Positions 10,034 to 18,921 are shown, counted from the stretch's first letter. The stretch: DNA of 64,000 nt from an uncultured Actinomycetota bacterium (GCA_963801715.1 CAWDGB010000009.1:106233-170232), one strand, 5' to 3'. The notes: generated by a model not told the origin, from the letters alone. Numbers and translations are program-made.

Positions 10034-10276
10034 GTGGGTGTGACGAGCTGGCAGGAGCAGGCACGATCGTCGCGGCGTGCCTTCATCCGCTCGCATCACC
10101 CAGATCGGGGTGGAGATCCAACGTTGTTCGCGACGGGACTCCGAGCCTGGGACAACGTGCTGAACGAGCCTCCGCCCCGCGTCGTTGCGGTGGCCGCGAA
10201 GCCGTGGCCGCGGACGTTGCTGACCGTACTGGCTCGACGCATGCGCAGGTCGCGCCGCATGCCTCGCGTCCGCTGA
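10034..10276 (+). CDS. small J-domain (DnaJ-like) protein
   Basis: GTG 10034 lies 6 nt after GGAGGG. The protein reads VGVTSWQEQARSSRRAFIRSHHPDRGGDPTLFATGLRAWDNVL, with an HPD motif between helix II- and III-like segments. About 80 aa with a basic tail. Confidence 0.5.
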   Translation: MGVTSWQEQARSSRRAFIRSHHPDRGGDPTLFATGLRAWDNVLNEPPPRVVAVAAKPWPRTLLTVLARRMRRSRRMPRVR

Positions 10277-10388
10277 GTTCGCGCGGGCGCAGCGCCCGCC
10301 GACGTCGCGCGGTCACGAGGCGGCAATCCCTAGGTAGCGGATCGCCGCTTCGAGCGATTTTGCGCGACTTCATGACGGGATATATATG

Positions 10389-10412
10389 TTTAACGACGTC
10401 GATACGGGTAGC
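10389..10412 (+). promoter_or_regulatory. sigma-B/sigma-F-type (general stress) promoter candidate for the Asp23 operon
   Basis: GTTTAA (10389-10394), a 12-nt spacer, then GGGTAG (10407-10412), sitting in an A/T-rich patch 53 nt upstream of ATG 10465. This resembles the GTTTAA-N12-15-GGGTAT consensus. Confidence 0.45.
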
Positions 10413-10464
10413 GTCCACAGCGTCATGCGTTACCACTCCCTTCGTTTCGTTCGAGGAGCCAGCA

Positions 10465-10956
10465 ATGACCCAACCCAATGTCACATCCACGCCTCGTGAA
10501 ACGTCCTCGAGCACATCGAGGCCTGCTGAGCACGCCATCGCCCCGACGAGAGCGACTCCGCCCGGTCTAGGCGGCGATGAGGGCAGGATCAGCGTGGCAC
10601 AGGGCGTCGTGCAGAAGATCGCTGGCATGGCATGCCGGGAGATTGCCGGAGTTCATGCGATGGGCTCCGGCGGAGCCCGGGCCTTTGGCGCTATTCGAGA
10701 GCGGATTCCAGGTAGCTCTGGTCCCAGCGTGTCGCAGGGCGTAGGCGTCGAGGTTGGCGAGACTCAGGCTGCGATTGACCTCGATATCGTCGTCGAATAC
10801 GGGGCCAGCATCGTAGATCTCGGACGGAGCATTCAACGCAATGTCAAACAGTCTGTGGAACGAATGACCGGTCTGGAGGTCGTCGAGGTCAATGTGGCCG
10901 TCGACGATGTTCATCTGCCCTCCGACCAGGAGGAGAAGCCCACGCGCGTGTCATGA
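10465..10956 (+). CDS. Asp23/Gls24 family envelope stress response protein
   Basis: ATG 10465 follows GAGGAG. The protein has ISVAQGVVQKIAGMACREIAGVHAMG...VGVEVGETQAAIDLDIVVEYGASIVDLGRSIQRNVKQSVERMTGLEVVEVNVAVDDV. Confidence 0.85.
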   Translation: MTQPNVTSTPRETSSSTSRPAEHAIAPTRATPPGLGGDEGRISVAQGVVQKIAGMACREIAGVHAMGSGGARAFGAIRERIPGSSGPSVSQGVGVEVGETQAAIDLDIVVEYGASIVDLGRSIQRNVKQSVERMTGLEVVEVNVAVDDVHLPSDQEEKPTRVS

Positions 10957-11390
10957 CAACGGCTGAGCGAGCGGACGATCCAGATACCGCAATTGTCGAC
11001 GGTATCGACGTTGATGCCGTGGCCAGCGCCGTGCGGGCGTGCCCTGGCGTATCGGACCTGGTCGATGGCCGGTTCGGGGACGCCACGACGTATCTGCCAG
11101 GTCGGCGCGTGACCGGCATTGCCGTTAAGGGGGAGACCGTAAGGGTTTCGGTGCGAGCCAAATGGGGCGTGCCAGCCAGCGACCTGCTCGATCAAATAAC
11201 CGCGGTCCTCATGCCATCCCTGGCTCATCGGAGAATCGAGCTCGTCGTCGCCGAGATCGACGATCCGCCGCCACTCGCATCGCCCCAGCCATTCGGCACC
11301 AACGCGTCTTTGCCATCGGCTGTCGATGCCGTCCGCTCGACTAATCCATCCAATTCCGCACTCACGCCGGCACCGCCTCCATCTCCGTGA
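10953..11390 (+). CDS. Asp23-operon protein (Asp23-like fold, divergent)
   Basis: ATGA start/stop overlap with the preceding gene. It contains VASAVRACPGVSDL...VTGIAVKGETVRVSVRAKWGVPASDLLDQI and a Pro-rich tail. Confidence 0.6.
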   Translation: MTTAERADDPDTAIVDGIDVDAVASAVRACPGVSDLVDGRFGDATTYLPGRRVTGIAVKGETVRVSVRAKWGVPASDLLDQITAVLMPSLAHRRIELVVAEIDDPPPLASPQPFGTNASLPSAVDAVRSTNPSNSALTPAPPPSP

Positions 11391-11427
11391 GACGTTGGTG
11401 CACCGGATATGGTGAATGGGAGTCCTC

Positions 11428-11610
11428 ATGAACCGTGTATCGCTCGCTACTCTTGTAGGACTAATCCTCGGGTTGGCGTTAGTTTTCGGCAGCTTCGGTG
11501 ATATGTTGATCGTCGCTCTCTTCGGCGCCATCGGCTACCTTATCGCCAAGTTCCTTGATGGTGATCTAGATCTGTCCATGCTGCGCGGCCGAGCCGAAAG
11601 TGAGCGATGA
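11428..11610 (+). CDS. DUF2273-like small integral membrane protein
   Basis: MNRVSLATLVGLILGLALVFGSFGDMLIVALFGAIGYLIAKFLDGDLDL has two TM helices. GGGAG lies 7 nt upstream. An alternative ATG is at 11416. Confidence 0.65.
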   Translation: MNRVSLATLVGLILGLALVFGSFGDMLIVALFGAIGYLIAKFLDGDLDLSMLRGRAESER

Positions 11611-12080
11611 CTGATTCCGCGACGGCTGACGCTGGTCCGCCCGGCTCGACGATATCCACACAAGTGGAATCGCGAGGCCAAGGCAGCCTATCGATAGGTC
11701 GAAACGAGTTCGGTTCGATCATCATCCGCGATGGCGTCGTGGCCAAAATCGCTGCCTGCGCGGCAGTCGAGATACCTGACGCCGGTGCTGCGGCCACCCG
11801 GGTGATGGGCCGCAGAGTACCTGGCGGCGGTCGTCTGGGGCTGCGCGCGACCGATCTCGAGGCGCTGCCGAAGACATCCGCTGAAATCGATGGCAAACTG
11901 GCGTTTCTGTCGGTCCGATTGAGCGTTCGCTGGCCGGCGTCTGTTCCGAACACCACGGCGCAGGTCCGGCAACATGTTCGGGAGCGCGTGGAGGAGCTGA
12001 CAGGTCTAACCGTGTCGGAGGTGCGTATCACTGTGGCGGACCTCGTGACCAGTATCGCGCCACCTCCCCGCGTCAGATAG
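11607..12080 (+). CDS. Asp23/Gls24 family envelope stress response protein (second copy)
   Basis: ATGA overlap with the preceding gene. It contains IIIRDGVVAKIAACAAVEIPDAG...AFLSVRLSVRWPASVPNTTAQVRQHVRERVEELTGLTVSEVRITVADL. Confidence 0.8.
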   Translation: MTDSATADAGPPGSTISTQVESRGQGSLSIGRNEFGSIIIRDGVVAKIAACAAVEIPDAGAAATRVMGRRVPGGGRLGLRATDLEALPKTSAEIDGKLAFLSVRLSVRWPASVPNTTAQVRQHVRERVEELTGLTVSEVRITVADLVTSIAPPPRVR

Positions 12081-12089
12081 CAGGACGAC

Positions 12090-12626
12090 ATGCGTATCGT
12101 GAACCGGCTGCTCGCTTTCATCGTCGCTGTCGCGCTTCTGGGTGTCAGCGTGATCGTGATCGTTGAAGTCATTGGTTATGCCATCAATGGCGAATCGGTC
12201 CTTGTGCCATGGATGACCTGGGAACAGTGGGCCGAGCGCACACACTTCAACAGTACGGTGATAAAAGTATGGTCAATCATTTTGATTGTCGCAGGTGCGA
12301 TTCTGCTGATCGCAGAACTCAAACCGCGTCGCGTGACCCGCGTTGGCCTGCAGTCTGATAGCACAGCCACGGAGACGGCCATTACGACAAAAGGAATAGC
12401 AGCTGTGGCGAAGGCTGCAACGTCCGAAGTCGATGGCATCGGTGGCTCGTCGGCGTCCGCGTCGCGCCGTCGCGTCTCGGTAACGGCCACATCCGCCACG
12501 AAAGAGAAGACCGACGCTCAAATCCTGACCGCTCCAGTGACGACAGCCGTCCAGACCCGCCTTGACTCGTTGGACATGCAGCAACAGCCACGATTGTCAG
12601 TGCATGTGAAACCTCGGAGGCGCTGA
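12090..12626 (+). CDS. DUF6286-like membrane protein of Asp23 operons
   Basis: MRIVNRLLAFIVAVALLGVSVIVIVEV...IILIVAGAILLIAELKPRR gives two TM segments followed by a soluble domain. The position before AmaP is typical. Confidence 0.6.
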   Translation: MRIVNRLLAFIVAVALLGVSVIVIVEVIGYAINGESVLVPWMTWEQWAERTHFNSTVIKVWSIILIVAGAILLIAELKPRRVTRVGLQSDSTATETAITTKGIAAVAKAATSEVDGIGGSSASASRRRVSVTATSATKEKTDAQILTAPVTTAVQTRLDSLDMQQQPRLSVHVKPRRR

Positions 12627-13201
12627 TGCACGCTGATCGAACCAACCGAGTCGCTCTCGCTATTCTTGGTTTCCTCCTGCTCGCGGTCGGAGTAGCTGGA
12701 TTGGTCGCGAGCTTGGGTGGTTTCGGCACGGAGTTTGCCGAGAAGACCCTGTTTACCAATCGCGTGTCCCGTTATTTCGGAGAGCACGGGACCTGGCTCT
12801 GGCCCGTCATTGCCGTCGGGTGTGCCCTGATTGCCCTGATCATGCTGCGCTGGATTTACGTGTTGATTGCCAGCACTGATCGCGCGGACGACATCGTGAT
12901 CAGAGGTGACCATAACGGAGGCCGAACGGAGTTGCGGCCGGCCGCTCTCGCCGCAGCATTGCGCGACGAGATCATGACATACCACGGCGTGTCCTCCGCG
13001 AACGCGCGAGTGCTCGGTGATCCTGGCAACCTGCGACTCTTTGTCGCCGTCGCCGTCCTGACGACCGCCGACATCCCCGAGCTGAGGCGACGAATCGAAA
13101 CGCAAGCGCTTGCCCATGCTCGCCAGGCGATAGGTAAGCCTGACCTGCCAATTCGAATGCATCTAGACGTCAGCGAGGCTGAGACGGCGCGCGTCGTGTA
13201 A
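12626..13201 (+). CDS. alkaline shock response membrane anchor protein AmaP-like
   Basis: TGATG overlap with the preceding gene. It contains NRVALAILGFLLLAVGVAGLV...WLWPVIAVGCALIALIMLRW then an Asp23-like C-terminal domain (LRDEIMTYHGVSSANARVLG). Confidence 0.65.
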   Translation: MHADRTNRVALAILGFLLLAVGVAGLVASLGGFGTEFAEKTLFTNRVSRYFGEHGTWLWPVIAVGCALIALIMLRWIYVLIASTDRADDIVIRGDHNGGRTELRPAALAAALRDEIMTYHGVSSANARVLGDPGNLRLFVAVAVLTTADIPELRRRIETQALAHARQAIGKPDLPIRMHLDVSEAETARVV

Positions 13202-13252
13202 ACCGGTCGCGTCGACCGACTGGGCCCTGCGGCACTCGGGCTTTGGTGCGTC

Positions 13253-14005
13253 TCAGGATGAATCGCGGGTCGCGATGTTGAGGAGCGCGATGGTGACGTT
13301 GTCAGGGGCACCGGCGGCGATCGTGGCCTTCCACAGTTCGAAGGTTGCCCGGCCGCCGTCGTGATCGCGCAGCACGGCCGCGATCGCCCGGTCGCTGATG
13401 GCGTCTGTGAGGCCATCGCTGCAGATCAGGTAACGAGCGGCGTCGCTCAAGGGCTGGGTCACGAGGTGCGGCTCGATCGGAGCGACGTCCCAGCTGCCGC
13501 CTAGCGTCTGGGTGAGAATCGGGCTGCGGATCTGGCCGCGCGCGGGCGCCTCGTTGTCGTCGACGCTCAGCTGGACCAAGCCGGGGTCGTCGAATCGGTA
13601 AACCCTGCTGTCGCCGACATTGAAGACAATCACCGACTGTTCGGTCACGACCACCCCAGCGATGGTGGTGCCCATCGTCTCCCGGTCCGGATCCCGGTCG
13701 GCGTCGGCGTATACGGCCTGGTTGCAGGCGATCAATGCGTCTCGCACCGCGGCCTCGGTGCTCAGGTTGGCTGCGGCTCGCGCCAACCAGCGCACGGCCA
13801 GGGCGCTCGCCTCCTCGCCGGCTGGATGACCGCCGAGGCCGTCGGCGACAGCGACGACAACCGGGTCGTCGATGGGCAACCACAGGGTCTGCGGCGTCAA
13901 TGTGGTCATCGCGCACAGAGTCCAGGGACCAGCAACCAAGCTGTCTTCGTTGTGCTCTCGAACCAGACCGTCGTGGCTGAGCGCAGATACGGCCACGAAT
14001 TTCAT
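13253..14005 (-). CDS. PP2C-family Ser/Thr protein phosphatase (stand-alone catalytic domain)
   Basis: MKFVAVSALSHDGLVREHNEDS...VAVADGLGGHPAGEEAS...MGTTIAGV...FNVGDSRVY...LICSDGLTD...DNVTIALL. An alternative ATG is at 14029. Confidence 0.85.
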   Translation of the reverse strand: MKFVAVSALSHDGLVREHNEDSLVAGPWTLCAMTTLTPQTLWLPIDDPVVVAVADGLGGHPAGEEASALAVRWLARAAANLSTEAAVRDALIACNQAVYADADRDPDRETMGTTIAGVVVTEQSVIVFNVGDSRVYRFDDPGLVQLSVDDNEAPARGQIRSPILTQTLGGSWDVAPIEPHLVTQPLSDAARYLICSDGLTDAISDRAIAAVLRDHDGGRATFELWKATIAAGAPDNVTIALLNIATRDSS

Positions 14006-14160
14006 CTCTTCGTACCCCGCATCTCTCATTCCACTCCGGCGCCGACCGGCGCCAAAAGGCCGACCCGAAACGGTCAGCATCACGAAACCACACGAGCGGG
14101 CAGCGGGACGACATTTCTGCGGTGCCGGGCCTTCCGGCGGCGAATTCCGCCGACCGTCGG

Positions 14161-14673
14161 CTAGTCGTCGAGGATGCGGTAGACCATGTCGTCGGTCGAT
14201 CGGGCGCCACGCCCGTAGGTATCAGCGAAGCCGCCTTCCCCGTCAACCCGATCGGTGCGGCGCCACTCGTACGCGCAGACCCGGCGCCGAATGCGCCACC
14301 GACCGTCGCGGCGTTCGAAGCGGTCGACATACCGCAGTCCGGCCCACATGTCGGTTGGATAACCGTCTGGGTCGGTGTAGCGGTGGAAGGCGACCGCGTA
14401 GGTCTCGGACCGCGCGACGTCGCGGCTGAGGTCGACATCAATCAACATGTTGCCCAGGAAGTGGGCGGTCCGCTCGAAGCGGTTCAGCGACTTCTCCACG
14501 AACGTGATGAAGTCATCGACCCCGCCGACGAACGATCCGTGATCATCGGTGCCGTCCGGCCAGTAGCAGGAGCGCACGAGTTCGAAGTCATACCGGTCAA
14601 CGCCGCGGGAGTAGGTGGTCAGCACCCGTTGAATGGCCCGCTCGGCGAGCAGCAGTTCGAGGTCTTCGTTCAT
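14161..14673 (-). CDS. NTF2-like / SnoaL_4 family protein
   Basis: 170 aa: LELLLAERAIQRVLTTYSRGVDRYDFELVRSCYWPDGTDDHGSF...RTAHFLGNMLIDV...RDGRWRIRRR. Confidence 0.75.
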   Translation of the reverse strand: MNEDLELLLAERAIQRVLTTYSRGVDRYDFELVRSCYWPDGTDDHGSFVGGVDDFITFVEKSLNRFERTAHFLGNMLIDVDLSRDVARSETYAVAFHRYTDPDGYPTDMWAGLRYVDRFERRDGRWRIRRRVCAYEWRRTDRVDGEGGFADTYGRGARSTDDMVYRILDD

Positions 14674-14792
14674 GGCTTCTCCCCGAAAATGGGTTACTGG
14701 TCAGGGTGTCCAGTTATCCTCCCAGCAGGGCGGCACCGCCGGAGAGGCGTACGTGGTTCGAATCCGATGCAGGGCTGAGATCGGGGTGACTG

Positions 14793-16247
14793 ATGAGCAG
14801 TGGTCGTGACGTTGACGTTGTCGTGGTGGGGTCGGGTGCCGCGGGGTTGTCGGCCGCCTTATCTGCCCGGGAGCACGGCGCGCAGAGCGTGGTGGTCGCC
14901 GAATCTGAGGGCGTGGTGGGCGGGTCATCCCGCCTGTCCGGCGGGCTCACGATGGGCGCCGGGACGCGCTACCAGCGGGCCCTGGGCATCGAGGACGACC
15001 CGGAGTCGCTGTTCCACGACTACATGCAACTGAACCAGTGGAAGGTCGAGCCTGCGGTCGTTCGCCGGCTCGCCGAGCTTTCTGGTCCGTCGGTGGAATG
15101 GCTCGGGGACCTCGGCGTGCAGTTCTATGACCAGCTGGTGTTCGGCGGTGACGAGCGACTGCCGCGCGTGCACTGCCCGATCGGTCGCGGTCAGGCGGTT
15201 GTCGACGTGCTGTCGCACCACTGCCGTGAACAGGGCGTCGAGATCGCCCTGGGCCGACGTATCGACGAGCTGCTCGTCGAAGGCGACGCGGTCGTCGGCG
15301 TCGCCGTTGGCGACGACACCATCACGGCGGGCGCTGTCGTGGTCGCCACCGGTGGGTTCGGCAACAATCCGGAGAAGTTGGCCCGCTTTTTCCCGGCTGC
15401 GGCCGACACCGAATGGGCCTGGTACATCGGGGCTCCGGGCTCCCGCGGCGACCACCTCGATCTGGCGAATCAGGTCGGCGCACAGCTGACCGGATTCAAT
15501 CGCGGGCTGCGACTGTTGCATGCGAACTTCGCGAATATCTACGAGGCCTATCTGCCGGGCTGGCTCACGTTGGTCAACCGTGCGGGTAGGCGGTTCTGCG
15601 ACGAGACCGCCCCATACGGGATCATGGACGGGCTCATCCAGGACCAGGACGACGTCGCGTTTGCGATCTTCGACCAGCCCGCCCTGGACGATGCCACGGC
15701 CGCCGGTGTCGCCCGCTACAAGCAGCAGGTGCCAGGGTCGACGAAGAAGCAGAGTCCACACTGGAACACCGACATCGTCTATGCCATGGTCAATGAGGGC
15801 AAGGTGCACCGCGCGGCGACGATCGCGGAGTTGGCTGCGGCGCTGGAGCTACCCGAAGATCACTTGCAGGCGACCGTGGAGCGGGTGAACCGGTCGGTCG
15901 ATAACGGCGAGGACGTCGACTACCTGAAGGATCCCAAGTTTCTACAGCGAATTTCTCGCCCACCGTTCTACGGGGCCGAGATCCGGCCGGCCACGGTCTG
16001 CTTCACCTCATTCGGCATGCGGATAGACCGGGATGCGCAGGTGCTGGGCGAGGCCGGTCCACCGATTCCCGGGCTGTTCGCTGCGGGTGAGAGTGTCGGC
16101 GGGGTCGTGGGACCGCGCTACGTGGGGAGTGGGAACTCCTACGCCAACTGTGTGACCTTCGGCCGCATCGCGGGCGCCTCCGCCGCGCGTGCAGCTGGCG
16201 CCGCGACGGGATCTTCCCTCGCCAGCAGGCAGGAGGCTCAAGGCTGA
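14793..16247 (+). CDS. FAD-dependent oxidoreductase (fumarate reductase/succinate dehydrogenase flavoprotein-like, KstD-like)
   Basis: DVDVVVVGSGAAGLSAALSAREHGA (dinucleotide-binding), VVATGGFGNNPE, and the C-terminal GLFAAGESVGGVVG motif. Confidence 0.8.
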   Translation: MSSGRDVDVVVVGSGAAGLSAALSAREHGAQSVVVAESEGVVGGSSRLSGGLTMGAGTRYQRALGIEDDPESLFHDYMQLNQWKVEPAVVRRLAELSGPSVEWLGDLGVQFYDQLVFGGDERLPRVHCPIGRGQAVVDVLSHHCREQGVEIALGRRIDELLVEGDAVVGVAVGDDTITAGAVVVATGGFGNNPEKLARFFPAAADTEWAWYIGAPGSRGDHLDLANQVGAQLTGFNRGLRLLHANFANIYEAYLPGWLTLVNRAGRRFCDETAPYGIMDGLIQDQDDVAFAIFDQPALDDATAAGVARYKQQVPGSTKKQSPHWNTDIVYAMVNEGKVHRAATIAELAAALELPEDHLQATVERVNRSVDNGEDVDYLKDPKFLQRISRPPFYGAEIRPATVCFTSFGMRIDRDAQVLGEAGPPIPGLFAAGESVGGVVGPRYVGSGNSYANCVTFGRIAGASAARAAGAATGSSLASRQEAQG

Positions 16248-17299
16248 TGGGTGCCGTGACAGCAGCGTTGATCACCGGCCAGGGGGCGGTGGAATACCGG
16301 CAGTTCGATGAGATGCCCCCGTCAGCCGGGTGCGTGACGATCGACATCCGGCTCTGCGGGATTTGTGGGACGGACATCGCGTCCTACCGGAGCGGGCACC
16401 TGCACAGTCCTGCTGTCTGCGGCCACGAGTGGGTCGGCACGATTAGCGACATCGGTCCGGGGGTTCGGAACTTCGACCCGGGCGATCGCGTTGTCGTGGC
16501 GGTTCCTCCAGCCTGCGGACGCTGCCCAGAGTGCCGAGCCGGGATTGCTGACTACTGCCGATCGGTGTCAGCGATCGCCCGAGGCCGGGATGAGCTGGCG
16601 CCGCCACATGGCGGCTTTGCTCGAAGTATCACGGTGGCGGCGGATCGTGCCATCCACGCCCACCCGGATCTCAGCGATGAGGAAGCGGCGCAGGTGGAAC
16701 CGTCGACGGTCGCCTTCCATGGCGTTCGGCGCAGCCGGATCGGTATCGGCGACACGGTAGTTGTGCAAGGTGCCGGACCGATTGGCTTGTTGGTGATGCA
16801 ATTCGCCCGCGCGGCGGGAGCTGGACAGACGATCGTCGTCGAGCCATCACCAGATCGTCGCCTTTTGGCTGCCGACCTCGGCGCCGAAGTGACCGTCGCT
16901 CCGGACGAGGCCGCGGCGGCAATTCAGGAGCGGACAGCTGGCCTCGGCGCGGATGTCGTTATGGAGTGCGCCGGCGTCCCGCAGCTGCTACAGACCGCGG
17001 TCGACATGTGCCGATCCGGCGGAGTCGTGGGCCTGGTCAGCTTCCTCGCCCGGCCCGCCACCATCAATGCCGCCCGCTGGCTGGCGAAGGAGATTACGGT
17101 GGTGGCCTCCAACGCCTTCACCCACGATGACTTTCGCCGCAGCATGACTTTCCTTGCTGACGGTCGGGTACGGACCAAGCCGCTGCATACCCGGACCGTC
17201 GCACTACACGATCTGGACTCGACGCTGCGGGATCTCTCCGCGGCTACCACGGACGACATCAAGGTCCTGGTCAGTCCGGACTCGTCATCCTCCAGCTAG
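16247..17299 (+). CDS. zinc-binding alcohol dehydrogenase (MDR family)
   Basis: LCGICGTDIASY...GHEWVGTISDIGPGV...GDRV, structural Zn site CGRCPECRAG..YC, and VVVQGAGPIGLL. The start overlaps the upstream stop (TGATG). Confidence 0.85.
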   Translation: MGAVTAALITGQGAVEYRQFDEMPPSAGCVTIDIRLCGICGTDIASYRSGHLHSPAVCGHEWVGTISDIGPGVRNFDPGDRVVVAVPPACGRCPECRAGIADYCRSVSAIARGRDELAPPHGGFARSITVAADRAIHAHPDLSDEEAAQVEPSTVAFHGVRRSRIGIGDTVVVQGAGPIGLLVMQFARAAGAGQTIVVEPSPDRRLLAADLGAEVTVAPDEAAAAIQERTAGLGADVVMECAGVPQLLQTAVDMCRSGGVVGLVSFLARPATINAARWLAKEITVVASNAFTHDDFRRSMTFLADGRVRTKPLHTRTVALHDLDSTLRDLSAATTDDIKVLVSPDSSSSS

Positions 17300-17349
17300 T
17301 GTCGGCGCTCTCGGACGGCCAGTCCGGATATCGCTGACATACTGCGCAC

Positions 17350-17584
17350 GTGGTGGCAGCCCTGCAGGTCAGGCCCGGGGAGGCCCGATGAGGCTGGCAC
17401 GATCGGCGAGCTGACCCAGCGGGTGTACAGCGCAGGCGGATGGACCGACGAGGGCTACGCCGTGGAGTCGCTTGATGCCCAGGCCCGAATCGAGCATGCC
17501 ACCCTGCTGGTTGCCGAACAGGAGGGTGCGGTCGTGGTGGGTACGATCACGATGGAGCGTCGCTTCCGGCGAGGTTGCCGTTGA
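17350..17584 (+). pseudogene. GNAT N-acetyltransferase remnant (N-terminal part, frame-broken and truncated)
   Basis: VVAALQVRPG then, one frame off, RPDEAGTIGELTQRVYSAGGWTDEGYAVESLDAQARIEHATLLVAEQEGAVVVGTIT. It ends without the acetyl-CoA-binding motif. Confidence 0.35.
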
Positions 17585-17587
17585 CCA

Positions 17588-17809
17588 GTGAGGACGTGGA
17601 GCGTGGCGGGGTCAGGCGTGGTTTTCTACACCGTCATCTTTAGTTGCCTGGCGGTCCTATTGGTGGTTGCCGGCCTGGTGGTCATGTCCCGCAACCGCAA
17701 GCAGCGCGCAGCCGAGAGGCGGCACGAGGAGTCCGCGGCCCACGCAAATCGTCGGCAGCGTAACGCCAAGCGCGCTCAGTCCCGCAAGGCGCGGCGCAAG
17801 CGGGGCTGA
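17588..17809 (+). CDS. hypothetical small membrane protein with highly basic tail
   Basis: 73-aa ORF with one TM segment (VVFYTVIFSCLAVLLVVAGLVVM) followed by an Arg/Lys-rich tail. No family recognised. Confidence 0.35.
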   Translation: MRTWSVAGSGVVFYTVIFSCLAVLLVVAGLVVMSRNRKQRAAERRHEESAAHANRRQRNAKRAQSRKARRKRG

Positions 17810-17823
17810 ACCTGAGGCCTGCA

Positions 17824-18879
17824 TCAGTAGGCGTCGGAGCGGCGGATGGCGGCGAGGCGGCGCCCGTTAGTGACGTAACCGGCGTCCACGAACCAGCGCG
17901 TGGAGTCACTGAGTGCGGCGCGAGCCGGACGAGGCGCATAGCCGAGCTCCGAGCGGGCCCGCGAGTCGTCGAAGGCCATGAGCGTCGTGGACATGCGCGC
18001 AGCCTCGAGCGGGATGTGTGGCGGGCGCCGTAGCAGCCGTCCTTCGACGGTGTCGGAAAGTACCGCTGCGGCCAGCGCAGCCGCGTGCGGTAGCCGAAGC
18101 CGGGGCGTGGCCAATCCGGTGATCGACGCGAGCTCGGCCAGGATCTGCTGCAGTGACAGGTTCTCGCCGCCGAGGATGTAACTTCGTCCGGCAGCGCCGC
18201 GATCGTGGGCGAGGAGGTGACCGCGTGCGACGTCGTCCACGTGCACCACGTTGAGCACCGTGTCGACGTAGCCAGGCATGCGTCCGTTCAGGAAGTCGAC
18301 GACGAGGCGGCCGCTCGGCGTCGGGGCGCGATCGCCAGGGCCGAAGGGCATCGTGGGCTGTACCAGCGATACGGGCAGTCCTTCGGCCGCCGCCCGCAGC
18401 ACCTCGTGCTCCGCGACGTATTTGGATCGCTTGTACGAGCCGAACAGGTGGCGCAGGTCCGGGTAGTCGGCCTCGGTGGCCGGCTGTCCGCGAGGAACTG
18501 CGGCTAGCCCGATCGTCCCCACGGTGCTCGTGTAGACGACCCGCCGCACGCCGGCCGCGCGGGCCGCGGTCAACACCTGGCGAGTTCCGTCGACGTTCAC
18601 TTTGTAGAACAGCTGCGGATCACGGGCCCAGAACCGATATAGCGCGGCAACATGGAATACCGATGTGCAGCCAGAGATTGCCCGCCGCATGTCAGCCGCG
18701 CTACGCACGTCGCCCTCGACTCGCTCGACCGCGAACGGGTCGAGGCCACCGGCGTCGGCCCCGGGTTCAACGAGGGCGGTGACCTGCCAACCGTCGCTGA
18801 GCAGGGCGCGGGTGACGGCAGAGCCGATGAATCCGGTCGCGCCAGTGACCAACGCACGGCGCTCGGGCTGGATCACCAC
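17824..18879 (-). CDS. NAD-dependent epimerase/dehydratase (extended SDR; HpnA / dihydroflavonol-reductase-like)
   Basis: ALVTGATGFIGSAV, the YKRSK catalytic motif (SYKRSKYVAE), and VHVDDVARGHL. Confidence 0.8.
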   Translation of the reverse strand: MVIQPERRALVTGATGFIGSAVTRALLSDGWQVTALVEPGADAGGLDPFAVERVEGDVRSAADMRRAISGCTSVFHVAALYRFWARDPQLFYKVNVDGTRQVLTAARAAGVRRVVYTSTVGTIGLAAVPRGQPATEADYPDLRHLFGSYKRSKYVAEHEVLRAAAEGLPVSLVQPTMPFGPGDRAPTPSGRLVVDFLNGRMPGYVDTVLNVVHVDDVARGHLLAHDRGAAGRSYILGGENLSLQQILAELASITGLATPRLRLPHAAALAAAVLSDTVEGRLLRRPPHIPLEAARMSTTLMAFDDSRARSELGYAPRPARAALSDSTRWFVDAGYVTNGRRLAAIRRSDAY

Positions 18880-18921
18880 CGGATGCGCGCTACTGCGAGC
18901 CGGCGGCCGGAAGGAAGCTCC

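Noticed and set aside
14755-14765. GGTTCGAATCC, a tRNA T-loop-like motif in the 14674-14792 intergenic region.
   Set aside because: The flanking bases do not form a T-stem (only 2-3 pairs), and no acceptor or anticodon arms can be drawn. I saw no tRNA, rRNA, tmRNA or RNase P features anywhere in the window.
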